A DNA stretch of 57,779 nt, from NCBI GenBank assembly GCA_039920385.1, contig JBDSDR010000013.1, forward strand, positions 1-57,779. Direction: 5' to 3'. Under the pieces are notes generated by a model, which saw nothing but the letters and a program-made list of their open reading frames with translations, made no database searches and had not been told where the DNA came from. The translations under genes and the position numbers were made by a program. Position 1 is the first letter of the stretch, and each line of letters begins with the position of its first letter. This DNA comes from Candidatus Saccharimonadales bacterium (GTDB lineage: Bacteria; Patescibacteriota; Saccharimonadia; Saccharimonadales; JAUPVS01). Below, one piece after another: positions 8,885 to 17,288 of the stretch.

Positions 8885-10357
8885 ATGTATCTTTCAAAAT
8901 CAGACTTCCTTAAATACCAGTGCTGCCCTAGCTACCTGTGGTTATGGAAATATAAAAAAGAAGTAGTGCCAGTTGATGATGAAGAAGAAATCAACCGTAG
9001 GTTAGAGCAAGGTAACGAAGTAGAACGCTACGCTCGTGGCTTATTTCCAAATGCTGTCCTAGTAGATTCACACGGCAAGAAAGCTCGGAACGAAACAGAG
9101 CAGCTAGTAAGTGATGGTGTTAAGACTATCTTCCAAGCCACCGTTTATACAGATAAAGAATTACTAGCAATGGCTGACATCGTTGAATTTGATGAAGCCA
9201 CACAGTCATGGACTTTATACGAAGTAAAATCTACCAACTCTGTTAAGAAAGAACATATATACGACCTTGCATTTCAGTGTGTAGCGTTTGAGGACGCTGG
9301 TTATAAGATTGGTAAAGTTGGCGTTATACACTTAGATAAAACTTACATACGTAAAACTGTAGTTGAGCCGAATCATTTACTGACGCAAACAGATGTGACC
9401 GAAAAAGTAGAAAAAGTACTGCCAGTCATTCGTGAGCAAGCGTATGACGCAGTTGAAATGCTAAAGCAAACGGACGAGCCAACTAAGTGTAGCTGTAGGC
9501 TTAAAACTAAGTCAGGACATTGCCCTACATTTAACTACCTGAACCCAGACATACCCGAATACTCTGTATTTAACATTTCTAGGATTGGTGGCAAGAATCT
9601 AGCAGTTCTCGTAGACGGCGATATTCATAACGTCCACGATGTACCAGAAGATATAAAGCTATCTATCGGACAACAAAACCAAGTCAAGGTTGCCAAGAGT
9701 AAAGAGCCTATTATTAACAAGCCAGCTATTAAAGAGCTGTTGAGCGAACTTGAATACCCATTATATTTTCTTGACTACGAAACTGTTTCATCTGCACTAC
9801 CAATGTTTAACGGCTGTACTCCATTCCAACAAATACCATTCCAGTATTCTCTACACGTTTTAAGAGAGCCTAACGGTGAGTTAGAGCACTACGACTATCT
9901 TGGGCGTGATAGCGTCAAAGCACCCATGCCAGAGCTACTAGCAAGCCTACAGAGTCACTTGGGCGATACAGGAAGTGTAATTGCTTGGTACAAGGTATTT
10001 GAAAAGGGTCGCAATACAGAAATGGCTAACTCGTATCCTGAATATGCCAAGTTTCTAAACGGTGTTAATAACAGAGTTTTTGACCTTATGGACGTGTTCA
10101 GTAAACAGCACTACGTACACCATGACTTTAAGGGCAGTAGTTCAATTAAGTACGTATTGCCAGTCCTCGTGCCAGAGTTCTCGTATAAGGACATGGACAT
10201 ACAGAACGGCTTAGTGGCTTCAATACGATGGTATGATGCTGTAATGGGTGTTGCAGATGAAGTGCAAACAAATAAGACCTTTGACGACTTATTAAAATAC
10301 TGTTGCTTAGACACTCTTGCTATGGTCAAGATTTACGAGTATTTGAAAAACATATGA
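8885..10357 (+). CDS. DUF2779-like protein: N-terminal Cas4/RecB-like PD-(D/E)XK nuclease with Cys cluster fused to a C-terminal DEDD-like (RNase H fold) exonuclease domain
   Basis: 490 aa. SKSDFLKYQCCPSYLW, ADIVEFD...LYEVKS (D...ExK), YDLAFQ. Cys cluster: C13/C14 plus KCSCRLKTKSGHC. C-terminal half has YFLDYET (DxE) and LKYCCLDTLAM (Yx3D). Confidence 0.6.
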   Translation: MYLSKSDFLKYQCCPSYLWLWKYKKEVVPVDDEEEINRRLEQGNEVERYARGLFPNAVLVDSHGKKARNETEQLVSDGVKTIFQATVYTDKELLAMADIVEFDEATQSWTLYEVKSTNSVKKEHIYDLAFQCVAFEDAGYKIGKVGVIHLDKTYIRKTVVEPNHLLTQTDVTEKVEKVLPVIREQAYDAVEMLKQTDEPTKCSCRLKTKSGHCPTFNYLNPDIPEYSVFNISRIGGKNLAVLVDGDIHNVHDVPEDIKLSIGQQNQVKVAKSKEPIINKPAIKELLSELEYPLYFLDYETVSSALPMFNGCTPFQQIPFQYSLHVLREPNGELEHYDYLGRDSVKAPMPELLASLQSHLGDTGSVIAWYKVFEKGRNTEMANSYPEYAKFLNGVNNRVFDLMDVFSKQHYVHHDFKGSSSIKYVLPVLVPEFSYKDMDIQNGLVASIRWYDAVMGVADEVQTNKTFDDLLKYCCLDTLAMVKIYEYLKNI

Positions 10358-10458
10358 ATGTAACTAGAGCAGGAATAGAGTGGATAGAAATTGATATATT
10401 CTCGCATGGAGTTGATGTAAAAAATCTTTAAGTTCATAAAAAGTGACATAATATAGCT

Positions 10459-11412
10459 ATGGTTAACAGAAATAGAATAAGTAATGAACTAAGCCGCCGT
10501 TATCAGGAGGTGGTAAGGCTGGCCGGTAAACGAGCCTTCGATGATAAACAAGCGGAAAGATTCCTGACAGCAGTTGCGCATTATTTAAATTATGCAAAGA
10601 ACAATAAGCTTACCAGGGCTGCGATTGATAGTCTCTCAACTGATAAAGACATACAGAGAAAGGATAATGAACTTTGTAAAAAAGCAGATAGCATTATTAA
10701 TCAAATGAGAGCAGACAGAGATGAGCTAATAAAAGAGGCGAAGAAAAAAGGCGTAGATGTGGATGCTTACAAGTTTCAAGTAGGGATGGGGCGAATTACT
10801 GGCGAGCAAGAGTTCTCCTTTTATCTGAATCACCTAAACAGCTACCTAGATTTACCATCAGACCAGCAAGGTATTGGTGAGCTACCTGGCAACATACTTA
10901 ATTTAGTCCAACTTATAAACGAATTAGTTAATGGCTTTGGCGAAACTAAAAAATTCAAAGAACTAAAAGGTAACTATCTTAAAAAAAGAAATGCGTTTGA
11001 GCAAGAACTAAAAGTCCACGGAGTTCATTTAGACTATGTTAGGTTCGAAGATTATAAACATCTTGATGTAGCATGGAAAGAAATATATCAACAAGGTACT
11101 AGTGACGAGCTGCTGCTTTTTCATCTAGAGTATGGTCACTTGTTTGAGAAAAATGTTTCGTACTCTGGTGGTCAGCAATCTGATGCCGACAGATTCATTG
11201 ACGACTATACTACCTACACGAGTAGATTCCACAACCATCTAATTGACCATATTGAGAATGTACCCGTACATGAAGAGTTTGCGATTTGGTTTGTTGAACA
11301 TTTTGGTCCAACATTTATCTCAGTATTAATTATTTTCTTTATACTACTGATGGTTAACTGGCTAACCGGTGGGGGTATGACATACCAAGAAGTTAAAGAA
11401 CTTATACCCTAG
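10459..11412 (+). CDS. hypothetical helical protein with a single C-terminal transmembrane helix (tail-anchored)
   Basis: 317 aa, no recognisable domain. Hydrophobic stretch FGPTFISVLIIFFILLMVNWL about 20 aa from the C-terminus. It has its own -10-like box at 10444-10452. Confidence 0.5.
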   Translation: MVNRNRISNELSRRYQEVVRLAGKRAFDDKQAERFLTAVAHYLNYAKNNKLTRAAIDSLSTDKDIQRKDNELCKKADSIINQMRADRDELIKEAKKKGVDVDAYKFQVGMGRITGEQEFSFYLNHLNSYLDLPSDQQGIGELPGNILNLVQLINELVNGFGETKKFKELKGNYLKKRNAFEQELKVHGVHLDYVRFEDYKHLDVAWKEIYQQGTSDELLLFHLEYGHLFEKNVSYSGGQQSDADRFIDDYTTYTSRFHNHLIDHIENVPVHEEFAIWFVEHFGPTFISVLIIFFILLMVNWLTGGGMTYQEVKELIP

Positions 11413-11481
11413 AATTGTTAACATCTTTCTCCAGAAGCTCCATCGATTCGATATCGTTCCTAGGTGTTCTACAGAAAATAG

Positions 11482-11829
11482 CTACAGCTGCGTATACTTC
11501 CTGTGATTATCCTTCGCCTTCTCGACAGGGTACTTGGCGGCGTTCTTCTTCATCTTCTTGTTCAAAGCTTCGGCCAGATTGATATCAAAATCGTGAGCCA
11601 TCAGTAGGACCCAATAAAAGACGTCGGCCAGTTCGTCGGCCACATCAGATTTGTTGCTGCCCATGTGCGCCGCAATCTCTTGGTCGGTCTTCCACTGAAA
11701 GTGCTCCATCAGCTCGGCTGCTTCGAGCACCAGCGACAAAGCCACATCCTTAGGATTATGAAACTGCTGCCAATTCCGTTCATCCCTAAACTCAACGATT
11801 TGCTTCTGGAGCTTTTCGAGGTCAGTCAT
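11482..11829 (-). CDS. MazG-like nucleotide pyrophosphohydrolase (small single-domain type)
   Basis: 115 aa. FRDERNWQQFHNPKDVALSLVLEAAELMEHFQWK...ELADVFYWVLLMA matches the MazG/YpjD-type EExxE/D helices. Confidence 0.8.
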   Translation of the reverse strand: MTDLEKLQKQIVEFRDERNWQQFHNPKDVALSLVLEAAELMEHFQWKTDQEIAAHMGSNKSDVADELADVFYWVLLMAHDFDINLAEALNKKMKKNAAKYPVEKAKDNHRKYTQL

Positions 11830-11837
11830 TTATCTAT

Positions 11838-11843
11838 AGTATA
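11838..11843 (-). promoter_or_regulatory. -10 box TATACT (minus strand), 8 nt before the mazG-like ATG at 11829
   Basis: Plus strand agtata at 11838-11843. Confidence 0.4.
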
Positions 11844-11861
11844 CGACGTCTGGTTCTTTGG

Positions 11862-11870
11862 TGGTATAGT
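11862..11870 (+). promoter_or_regulatory. extended -10 TGgTATAGT, 8 nt before ATG 11879
   Basis: Read directly from the sequence. Confidence 0.45.
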
Positions 11871-11878
11871 TAACGGTA

Positions 11879-12649
11879 ATGACTGAACAGGCAAAAGAAG
11901 CTATGAACGATAAATCCTACACTAAGATGACCGCCGATGTCTATGATGCGCTCTATGCAAAGAAAAACTACGAGTCCGAAGCAACGAAGATAAAAGGGCT
12001 CGTGGCCAGTCACAAGAAAACAGATGGCAAAGAGCTGCTCGACGTAGCCTGCGGTACTGGCCTGCATTTGCCGTATCTTGTGGATGATTTTGATATTACT
12101 GGCGTTGACCTCTCCGAGCAACAGCTAGCCCAGGCCCGGAAGCGTTTGCCAGAAATTTCATTCAATCAAGGTGACATGCGTAATTTCGATCTTGGCCATC
12201 AGTTCGATGTGGTCACTTGTTTGTTTAGCTCGATTGGGTATGTTCATCCCTATGAAGATATGAAAGAAGCCGTTGCTAACATGGCTAAGCACCTCAAACC
12301 TGGTGGCGTCCTGTTGGTTGAGCCATGGTTGCAGCCCGGTGTGTTTGACCCAACTCGACCAGCACATTCTGAAGTTGGAGAACTGCCAGAAAAAGGTCTC
12401 AAAGTTACCCGAACGGCTCACAATGGTATTGATGGGAATGTCTCGGTCATGAACATGCATCATGTCGTGGAGTCGCCTGAAGGCATTCGCGAGTTTACCG
12501 AAGAACATCGACTCACACTCTATACCAATGAAGAATACCAACAAGCCTTCGAAGCTGCCGGGCTTTCCTTTGAGCTCGATGAGCAAGGCCTGTCTAATCG
12601 CGGGCTGTTTATTGGTGGCAAGCCGTTAGCAGCTACAGTTAAGCCGTGA
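11879..12649 (+). CDS. class I SAM-dependent methyltransferase
   Basis: 256 aa. Motif I LLDVACGTGLHL, post-I ITGVDLS, and FDVVTCLFSSIGYV. Layout resembles TylM1-family small-molecule MTases. Confidence 0.8.
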   Translation: MTEQAKEAMNDKSYTKMTADVYDALYAKKNYESEATKIKGLVASHKKTDGKELLDVACGTGLHLPYLVDDFDITGVDLSEQQLAQARKRLPEISFNQGDMRNFDLGHQFDVVTCLFSSIGYVHPYEDMKEAVANMAKHLKPGGVLLVEPWLQPGVFDPTRPAHSEVGELPEKGLKVTRTAHNGIDGNVSVMNMHHVVESPEGIREFTEEHRLTLYTNEEYQQAFEAAGLSFELDEQGLSNRGLFIGGKPLAATVKP

Positions 12650-13281
12650 AGCTTCTCTTAACTTCTGGCGGGCTGCGCAACCCAAGCATTATAAAAGCTT
12701 TCTTGGATTTATGTCCTAAACAGGCATCTGAGCTAAAAGTCGCCTTTATCCCGACTGCCCAAAATGTTAAACCTGGTAATAAAGACTGGGTATTTGACCA
12801 ACTCATTAGCCTTAAAGACCTCGGTATGAAGCAAATCGACATCGTCGATATTTCGGCCATCCCAAAAGACATGTGGCTGCCACGCCTAGAGGAAAGCGAT
12901 GTCATCTTTGTGAATGGTGGCGACACAGCCTACCTCATGGATTGTTTTCAAAAGTTCGGCGTAACCCAAGAGATCCCTCGGCTATTAAAAGACCGAGTTT
13001 ACATAGGTGTAAGCGCCGGTAGCTATATTGCAACGCCTGACTTGAGGTTAGCCAGTGGTGGCAGTGCAGCAATGACCGCTCTTGGGCTGGTTGATTTTGG
13101 TTTGCAAGTGCATTTGGATACCGCCAAGCACCCGGACACCAAAAACGAAACTGCAATTAGGGAACGAGTCAAAGGCTGCCCCTACAAAGTCTATGCTTTG
13201 GACGATCAGATGGCCGTCAAGGTTGACGGTTATGTGGTTGAAGTTGTGGGAGAGGGCAGATATTTGGAGTTTGCACCGTGA
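12646..13281 (+). CDS. peptidase S51 (dipeptidase E-like) family protein
   Basis: 211 aa. MKLLLTSGG..., VAFIPTA, DVIFVNGGDTAYL, YIGVSAGS (nucleophile-Ser context). Confidence 0.7.
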   Translation: MKLLLTSGGLRNPSIIKAFLDLCPKQASELKVAFIPTAQNVKPGNKDWVFDQLISLKDLGMKQIDIVDISAIPKDMWLPRLEESDVIFVNGGDTAYLMDCFQKFGVTQEIPRLLKDRVYIGVSAGSYIATPDLRLASGGSAAMTALGLVDFGLQVHLDTAKHPDTKNETAIRERVKGCPYKVYALDDQMAVKVDGYVVEVVGEGRYLEFAP

Positions 13282-13303
13282 CTTATTTGTTATAGTTAAG
13301 CCA

Positions 13304-14506
13304 ATGACCAATATTAAACTATCCCTAACGACCCGGCGGTTGTTGCCGCTGTATATCAGCTCCTTTTTGCAGGGCATACCGTTTTGGTATGCTATCGAAA
13401 AGTTGTTTATGACCAGTATTGGTTTTAATACCGCCTCGATTGGGTTGATGGTGGCAATTATGAGTATCGTTATGTTGGTTGTCGAGACTCCTTCCGGCGT
13501 ACTGGCCGACCGCTGGAGTCGCAAAGGTGTTATGTTGCTGGGTTGTGGCTCGCTACTGCTGGCTGGCATAGTTGGCGGGTTTAGCTATAACGAAGCCGCC
13601 TATATATTAAGTACGGTTTTTTGGGGAATTTACGCTGCTCTTTATTCGGGTACCTATGATTCGGTCATATATGATGTAAACCTTGAGGAGCATGGTGATA
13701 GTAGCCGTTACGAATATTATCTGGGACGACTGCGCGCCGTCGAAGGTTTGGCTTTTGTGCTTGGGGCCTTGGGTGGTGGGCTGATCGCTAACTATATTGG
13801 TATGCGCGCAACCTTCTTCTTATCATTGCCGTTTTTGCTATTGGGCGGTATTATCTTACTTAGTTTTAAGGAGCCTAAACTTCATAAAATGGAAGTCAGC
13901 GAACCAGTTTTTCGACATATTCGGCAGACCTTTGCGGCTGTTTTAAGAAACAGGCAATTACTGCCAGTAGTTGTCTCGACAGTTGGCTTTGCTGTATTAA
14001 TGGATACTATCTTCGAGCTCAGCCAGTTGTGGTTTATCGCCGTAGCGGCACCACTGGCTTTATATGGAATTTTTAGTGCCACCTTATTTTCGACCTGGAC
14101 AATCGGTGGCATGATAGCGGCTCGTTTAAGAGGTCCGATAATGTCTATCGTCGGTCTAATTATTATATTTGCTTCGCTACTGGGGTTAATCTTTGTCCGT
14201 AACTATTGGCTAATTTTATTGTCGCAGTTTTTACTGGGTGCCGGCCTGGTTGGCTATGGTGTTATTCTCTCCAAAAAACTACATGACGAATTACCGTCCA
14301 AGCTCCGAGCCGGTTCTTCCTCAGTTATTAGTACCTTAGGGCGAACTATTCTTATACCAGGCAGCCTGGTCTTTACCTACGTTGCCAATCAGCAGACTAT
14401 CTTTACGGCAAGCTATCTGTTGCTAGCTGTAGCCGCAATTGCTATTGTCGGGTATTTATTTACACAACCTTGGCGATACGCTAAGCAGCCGCTCGCAAAT
14501 CAGTAA
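13304..14506 (+). CDS. MFS-type transporter
   Basis: About 12 hydrophobic segments. DRWSRKGVML loop motif between TM2 and TM3. Start moved to ATG 13304 (MTNIKL...) because the ORF-track start at 13082 would overlap the peptidase gene by 200 nt. Confidence 0.7.
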   Translation: MTNIKLSLTTRRLLPLYISSFLQGIPFWYAIEKLFMTSIGFNTASIGLMVAIMSIVMLVVETPSGVLADRWSRKGVMLLGCGSLLLAGIVGGFSYNEAAYILSTVFWGIYAALYSGTYDSVIYDVNLEEHGDSSRYEYYLGRLRAVEGLAFVLGALGGGLIANYIGMRATFFLSLPFLLLGGIILLSFKEPKLHKMEVSEPVFRHIRQTFAAVLRNRQLLPVVVSTVGFAVLMDTIFELSQLWFIAVAAPLALYGIFSATLFSTWTIGGMIAARLRGPIMSIVGLIIIFASLLGLIFVRNYWLILLSQFLLGAGLVGYGVILSKKLHDELPSKLRAGSSSVISTLGRTILIPGSLVFTYVANQQTIFTASYLLLAVAAIAIVGYLFTQPWRYAKQPLANQ

Positions 14507-15233
14507 ACCCAAAGGCCCAGTCAAGATTTTTCTGGACCTCGGCTTGGGCTCTTTCGACATAGGCAATCGGGTCGGTTGGGTGTCCAATAACTGGCTCACT
14601 AAAACACATCACAGCGTGGTGCAGATCTTTATTGTCGCCCTCGCCGTAGCTAATGGCCGCCGGCAATGTAACCAGTGGTCGATCGTTAGAAAGCTGGCAG
14701 GCAATGTAACCAACCCCGTATTTAAACTGAAGTAGCTGGCGTGTGTCACCTTGGTTGCGTTTGCCTTCGGCATCCATTGCCAAGTAGCGGCCAAACTTAT
14801 TCATTCGGTAAGCCATAAGGTTAGTTATGTCTTCGGGCGAGCCATCACGGAAGGTTGGTATAGCGCCCATTACGTCAACACCGCGTCGCTGGAAAGGATT
14901 TTCGAATATGTCGTGTTTCGCCAAGATATCTGTCTTGCCGCGCATTCGCCGGAGTGGGGGCAGGCTATGGGCCGCTCCCGCTACCGTTATGGCGTCCATG
15001 TTTTCGGTGTGATTATTGATCAAAATTACGTGTGGGTTGTACTGCCACATTTCGCTGATTTGAGCCTTAGCATCGCCGGCATAGTGGGCTTCGACCCGGA
15101 CAACCTTACTCATTCCCCAGTAGCCAATTCTGGCTAAAAATTGGTTTGGTATATGTTCACGATAAAAGCCGTTAACAGCTGGCTGGTTCTCGGCACTAAC
15201 TTTTGGTCTCGACATCCATCTATCTAACACCAT
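14481..15233 (-). CDS. PlsC-family acyltransferase (1-acyl-sn-glycerol-3-phosphate acyltransferase-like)
   Basis: 250 aa. HX4D motif in ILINNHTENMDAI, and an EGxR-like block AMDAEGKRN. Its 3' end overlaps the MFS gene's 3' end by 26 nt. Confidence 0.6.
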   Translation of the reverse strand: MVLDRWMSRPKVSAENQPAVNGFYREHIPNQFLARIGYWGMSKVVRVEAHYAGDAKAQISEMWQYNPHVILINNHTENMDAITVAGAAHSLPPLRRMRGKTDILAKHDIFENPFQRRGVDVMGAIPTFRDGSPEDITNLMAYRMNKFGRYLAMDAEGKRNQGDTRQLLQFKYGVGYIACQLSNDRPLVTLPAAISYGEGDNKDLHHAVMCFSEPVIGHPTDPIAYVERAQAEVQKNLDWAFGFTDLRAAA

Positions 15234-15315
15234 AAACGTCCGCTAAACAAAAGCATAATGTCACAATTTTGCTTGTGCTTGCATTCTTTACCAGAGGTAG
15301 TAAGGTAGAAGGACT

Positions 15316-16272
15316 ATGTTCAATCGCAAAGAAAATGAAATTGACTCGCTTGCCCGTGCAAACGAATTTTTGCAGTCCGACAATCAAAGACTGCAAGCCG
15401 AGCGCGATCAGCTTGGGCCTTACGACGATGTTGCCCGTGATTTGTACGATACGGTTCAGCAGCAAGCTGCACTAACCGATGACCCAGAAGTTGCATACAC
15501 TACTGCCTACGAAAGTGTTCGTCAAAAACTATTCGAGCAACGTCACGAAGCTCAGCGCCTAAGAATAATTGCTGAGAACCAGCCGCTTTGGGAAAAAGAA
15601 ATCGATGATGAAATTATGGCTAGTCAAGGCGAAGCCATGAAGGAGGCCGCCCGTCAGGATTTCTTTGATAACCATGCCGAAGACTATCGTCGTACCGCTG
15701 AACCAAGAATTAGTAGCGAAATCGGACGTCTTACTCACGCCCAACTAATTGCTGGGCTTGATGAGGCAACCCGTGAACGCCTTCGTGAGCAAGCTGATCA
15801 AAAGGCGCTGATGGACGAAGAGTACAAGCAGCGACTCGAAGCAATCCGCGATCAATCAGCCCGACATGGTCAGCTGGATTTGACTGCCTTGAAACCTGGC
15901 GAACTTTTGGGGATTGATTTTTGTGCAAGAGGCACTGCCATTGATCCTATGCCCCAAAAACGCCAAAATAGTCAGCAAACTCCCTTTGTTGAACGAACTT
16001 TAAAGCTATCTATCTTGGACCCGCAAACTGGTTTGGTCTTGGTTCTGGACGACAGTTGGCAAAAGCACAAAGACGACTTGCGAGCCAAATATGCTATAGA
16101 GGATAATGCGCAGCTTACCATTGGCACGCTTAGACTGGATGACGCTGGTTTTAGCGTTGACACCGATGTTCACCGCGGCGGCTTACTGCACATGGCGAAT
16201 TCTGATGGCCAAAACCTTGCCAACCCGTTTGAAGTCAGCCGTGTCTGGCTACAAGATGACTGTATCCTCTAA
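15316..16272 (+). CDS. hypothetical protein (N-terminal coiled coil, acidic)
   Basis: 318-aa uninterrupted ORF. GAAGGA Shine-Dalgarno-like sequence upstream. No domain recognised. Confidence 0.5.
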   Translation: MFNRKENEIDSLARANEFLQSDNQRLQAERDQLGPYDDVARDLYDTVQQQAALTDDPEVAYTTAYESVRQKLFEQRHEAQRLRIIAENQPLWEKEIDDEIMASQGEAMKEAARQDFFDNHAEDYRRTAEPRISSEIGRLTHAQLIAGLDEATRERLREQADQKALMDEEYKQRLEAIRDQSARHGQLDLTALKPGELLGIDFCARGTAIDPMPQKRQNSQQTPFVERTLKLSILDPQTGLVLVLDDSWQKHKDDLRAKYAIEDNAQLTIGTLRLDDAGFSVDTDVHRGGLLHMANSDGQNLANPFEVSRVWLQDDCIL

Positions 16273-16277
16273 GCCCT

Positions 16278-16673
16278 ATGCCAGAATTTTCGGATATAAT
16301 TGTCACTCACACCAAACAAACTCGGTGGAATGGAGTCCGTCTCCAAAATGCCGATGATACTGGTCGTTTGCGTGCTAACCTTGACCCGCTGACAGGCGAT
16401 TTTCGGATTGAAGATATTGAGGTTGATACGCCACGCGTCGGATTAGGAAAATATTTATTACGCTGTGCTCAAGCCGAAGCCCAAAAAATGCAGGCTACCG
16501 CCATATCAGCCGTAATCGTATCGGCAGAATGTCTTGATTCTATGGCTGAAGTTTTTGGCTACGAACACATTCAAGTCGATCGTCGCGGTGTTTATGGTGA
16601 TCGACCTGGCGAAACTGCAGCCTTTCTTAACTTTCCGCTACAAGCTCAAGCCGAAGAAAACCCACACCGATAA
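16278..16673 (+). CDS. hypothetical protein, possibly a GNAT-like fold
   Basis: 131 aa. RVGLGKYLLRCAQAEAQKMQATAISAVIV...EVFGYEHIQV loosely resembles GNAT motif A. Lies 5 nt after the previous stop. Confidence 0.4.
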   Translation: MPEFSDIIVTHTKQTRWNGVRLQNADDTGRLRANLDPLTGDFRIEDIEVDTPRVGLGKYLLRCAQAEAQKMQATAISAVIVSAECLDSMAEVFGYEHIQVDRRGVYGDRPGETAAFLNFPLQAQAEENPHR

Positions 16674-16712
16674 AATTTGTTAGCAAACAGCGAATGTGTT
16701 TAAATATAATTT

Positions 16713-17288
16713 ATGAAGAAAACCCCAGATAACCTTATTGTAATGCCCGGTGCCGGCCAAGAGCACCACGATCATTTAAACAAAGAAAGCCAAACACGTC
16801 GCCGCAAAACCATCGGCGCCATTATTGGTGGTAGTGCAATGATTGCCGCCACCATTGGAATTGGAGCCTGGTTATATAATGATATGCAAAACGAGAAACC
16901 CAGTTTTATTCTTGAAGGCACAATCGAGAATGATGGCCAGCCGGTCGAAGTCAGCGGTGGTGTCTTTTTGGGCTGCGGTGACTTAGATGCTGACGAAGCA
17001 GTTATTACTGCTCGTATCAGAACGGTTACCGATGATCTTGGTGACCAACTAGACCCCAAGGGTCGAATTATTCAAGTCCAAACCACTACCGGCGACCGAC
17101 TGTGTGAAGACGCCCTCCGAACAATTAAAGTTCGGCCGGAGCTTTTAGTGCCTGGTCTAATCGATGAAGTAACCGGTTGGGAAGAAAACCTAACCGGTGA
17201 CGGTACCTACAATGTTGGCGAGAACTTCACTCAACAAATTGCCGTAGCCAAAGCTAGCGGCGTGCCAGTACACCCAATAACTTCATGA
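16713..17288 (+). CDS. hypothetical membrane-anchored protein
   Basis: 191 aa. Basic N-terminus followed by the TM helix IGAIIGGSAMIAATIGIGAWLY. ATGA overlap with the next gene. Confidence 0.5.
   Translation: MKKTPDNLIVMPGAGQEHHDHLNKESQTRRRKTIGAIIGGSAMIAATIGIGAWLYNDMQNEKPSFILEGTIENDGQPVEVSGGVFLGCGDLDADEAVITARIRTVTDDLGDQLDPKGRIIQVQTTTGDRLCEDALRTIKVRPELLVPGLIDEVTGWEENLTGDGTYNVGENFTQQIAVAKASGVPVHPITS

Noticed and set aside
4380-11481. I searched the island borders for direct repeats (att sites), an integrase or recombinase, or tRNA targets.
   Set aside because: None was found by eye. The left border is the pheT stop itself, and the right border spacer (11413-11481) shows only a trivial 5-bp palindrome (atcga t tcgat). 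I therefore make no claim about a mobility mechanism.
13082-13303. The long N-terminal extension of the MFS transporter ORF, which would overlap the peptidase S51 gene by 200 nt.
   Set aside because: The extension (MGWLILVCKCIWIPPSTRTP...) is non-transporter-like. ATG 13304 begins the hydrophobic MFS core just after the upstream stop. Similar in-frame upstream extensions were trimmed for tkt-C (34940), fba (36555), uvrB (40360), gatC (43391), galU (46988) and the 48482 ORF.
16278-16673. A GNAT-toxin/antitoxin pair formed by the 131-aa GNAT-like ORF and its upstream neighbour.
   Set aside because: The upstream gene is 318 aa with no RHH or HTH antitoxin features. The GNAT resemblance rests on a single weak motif.
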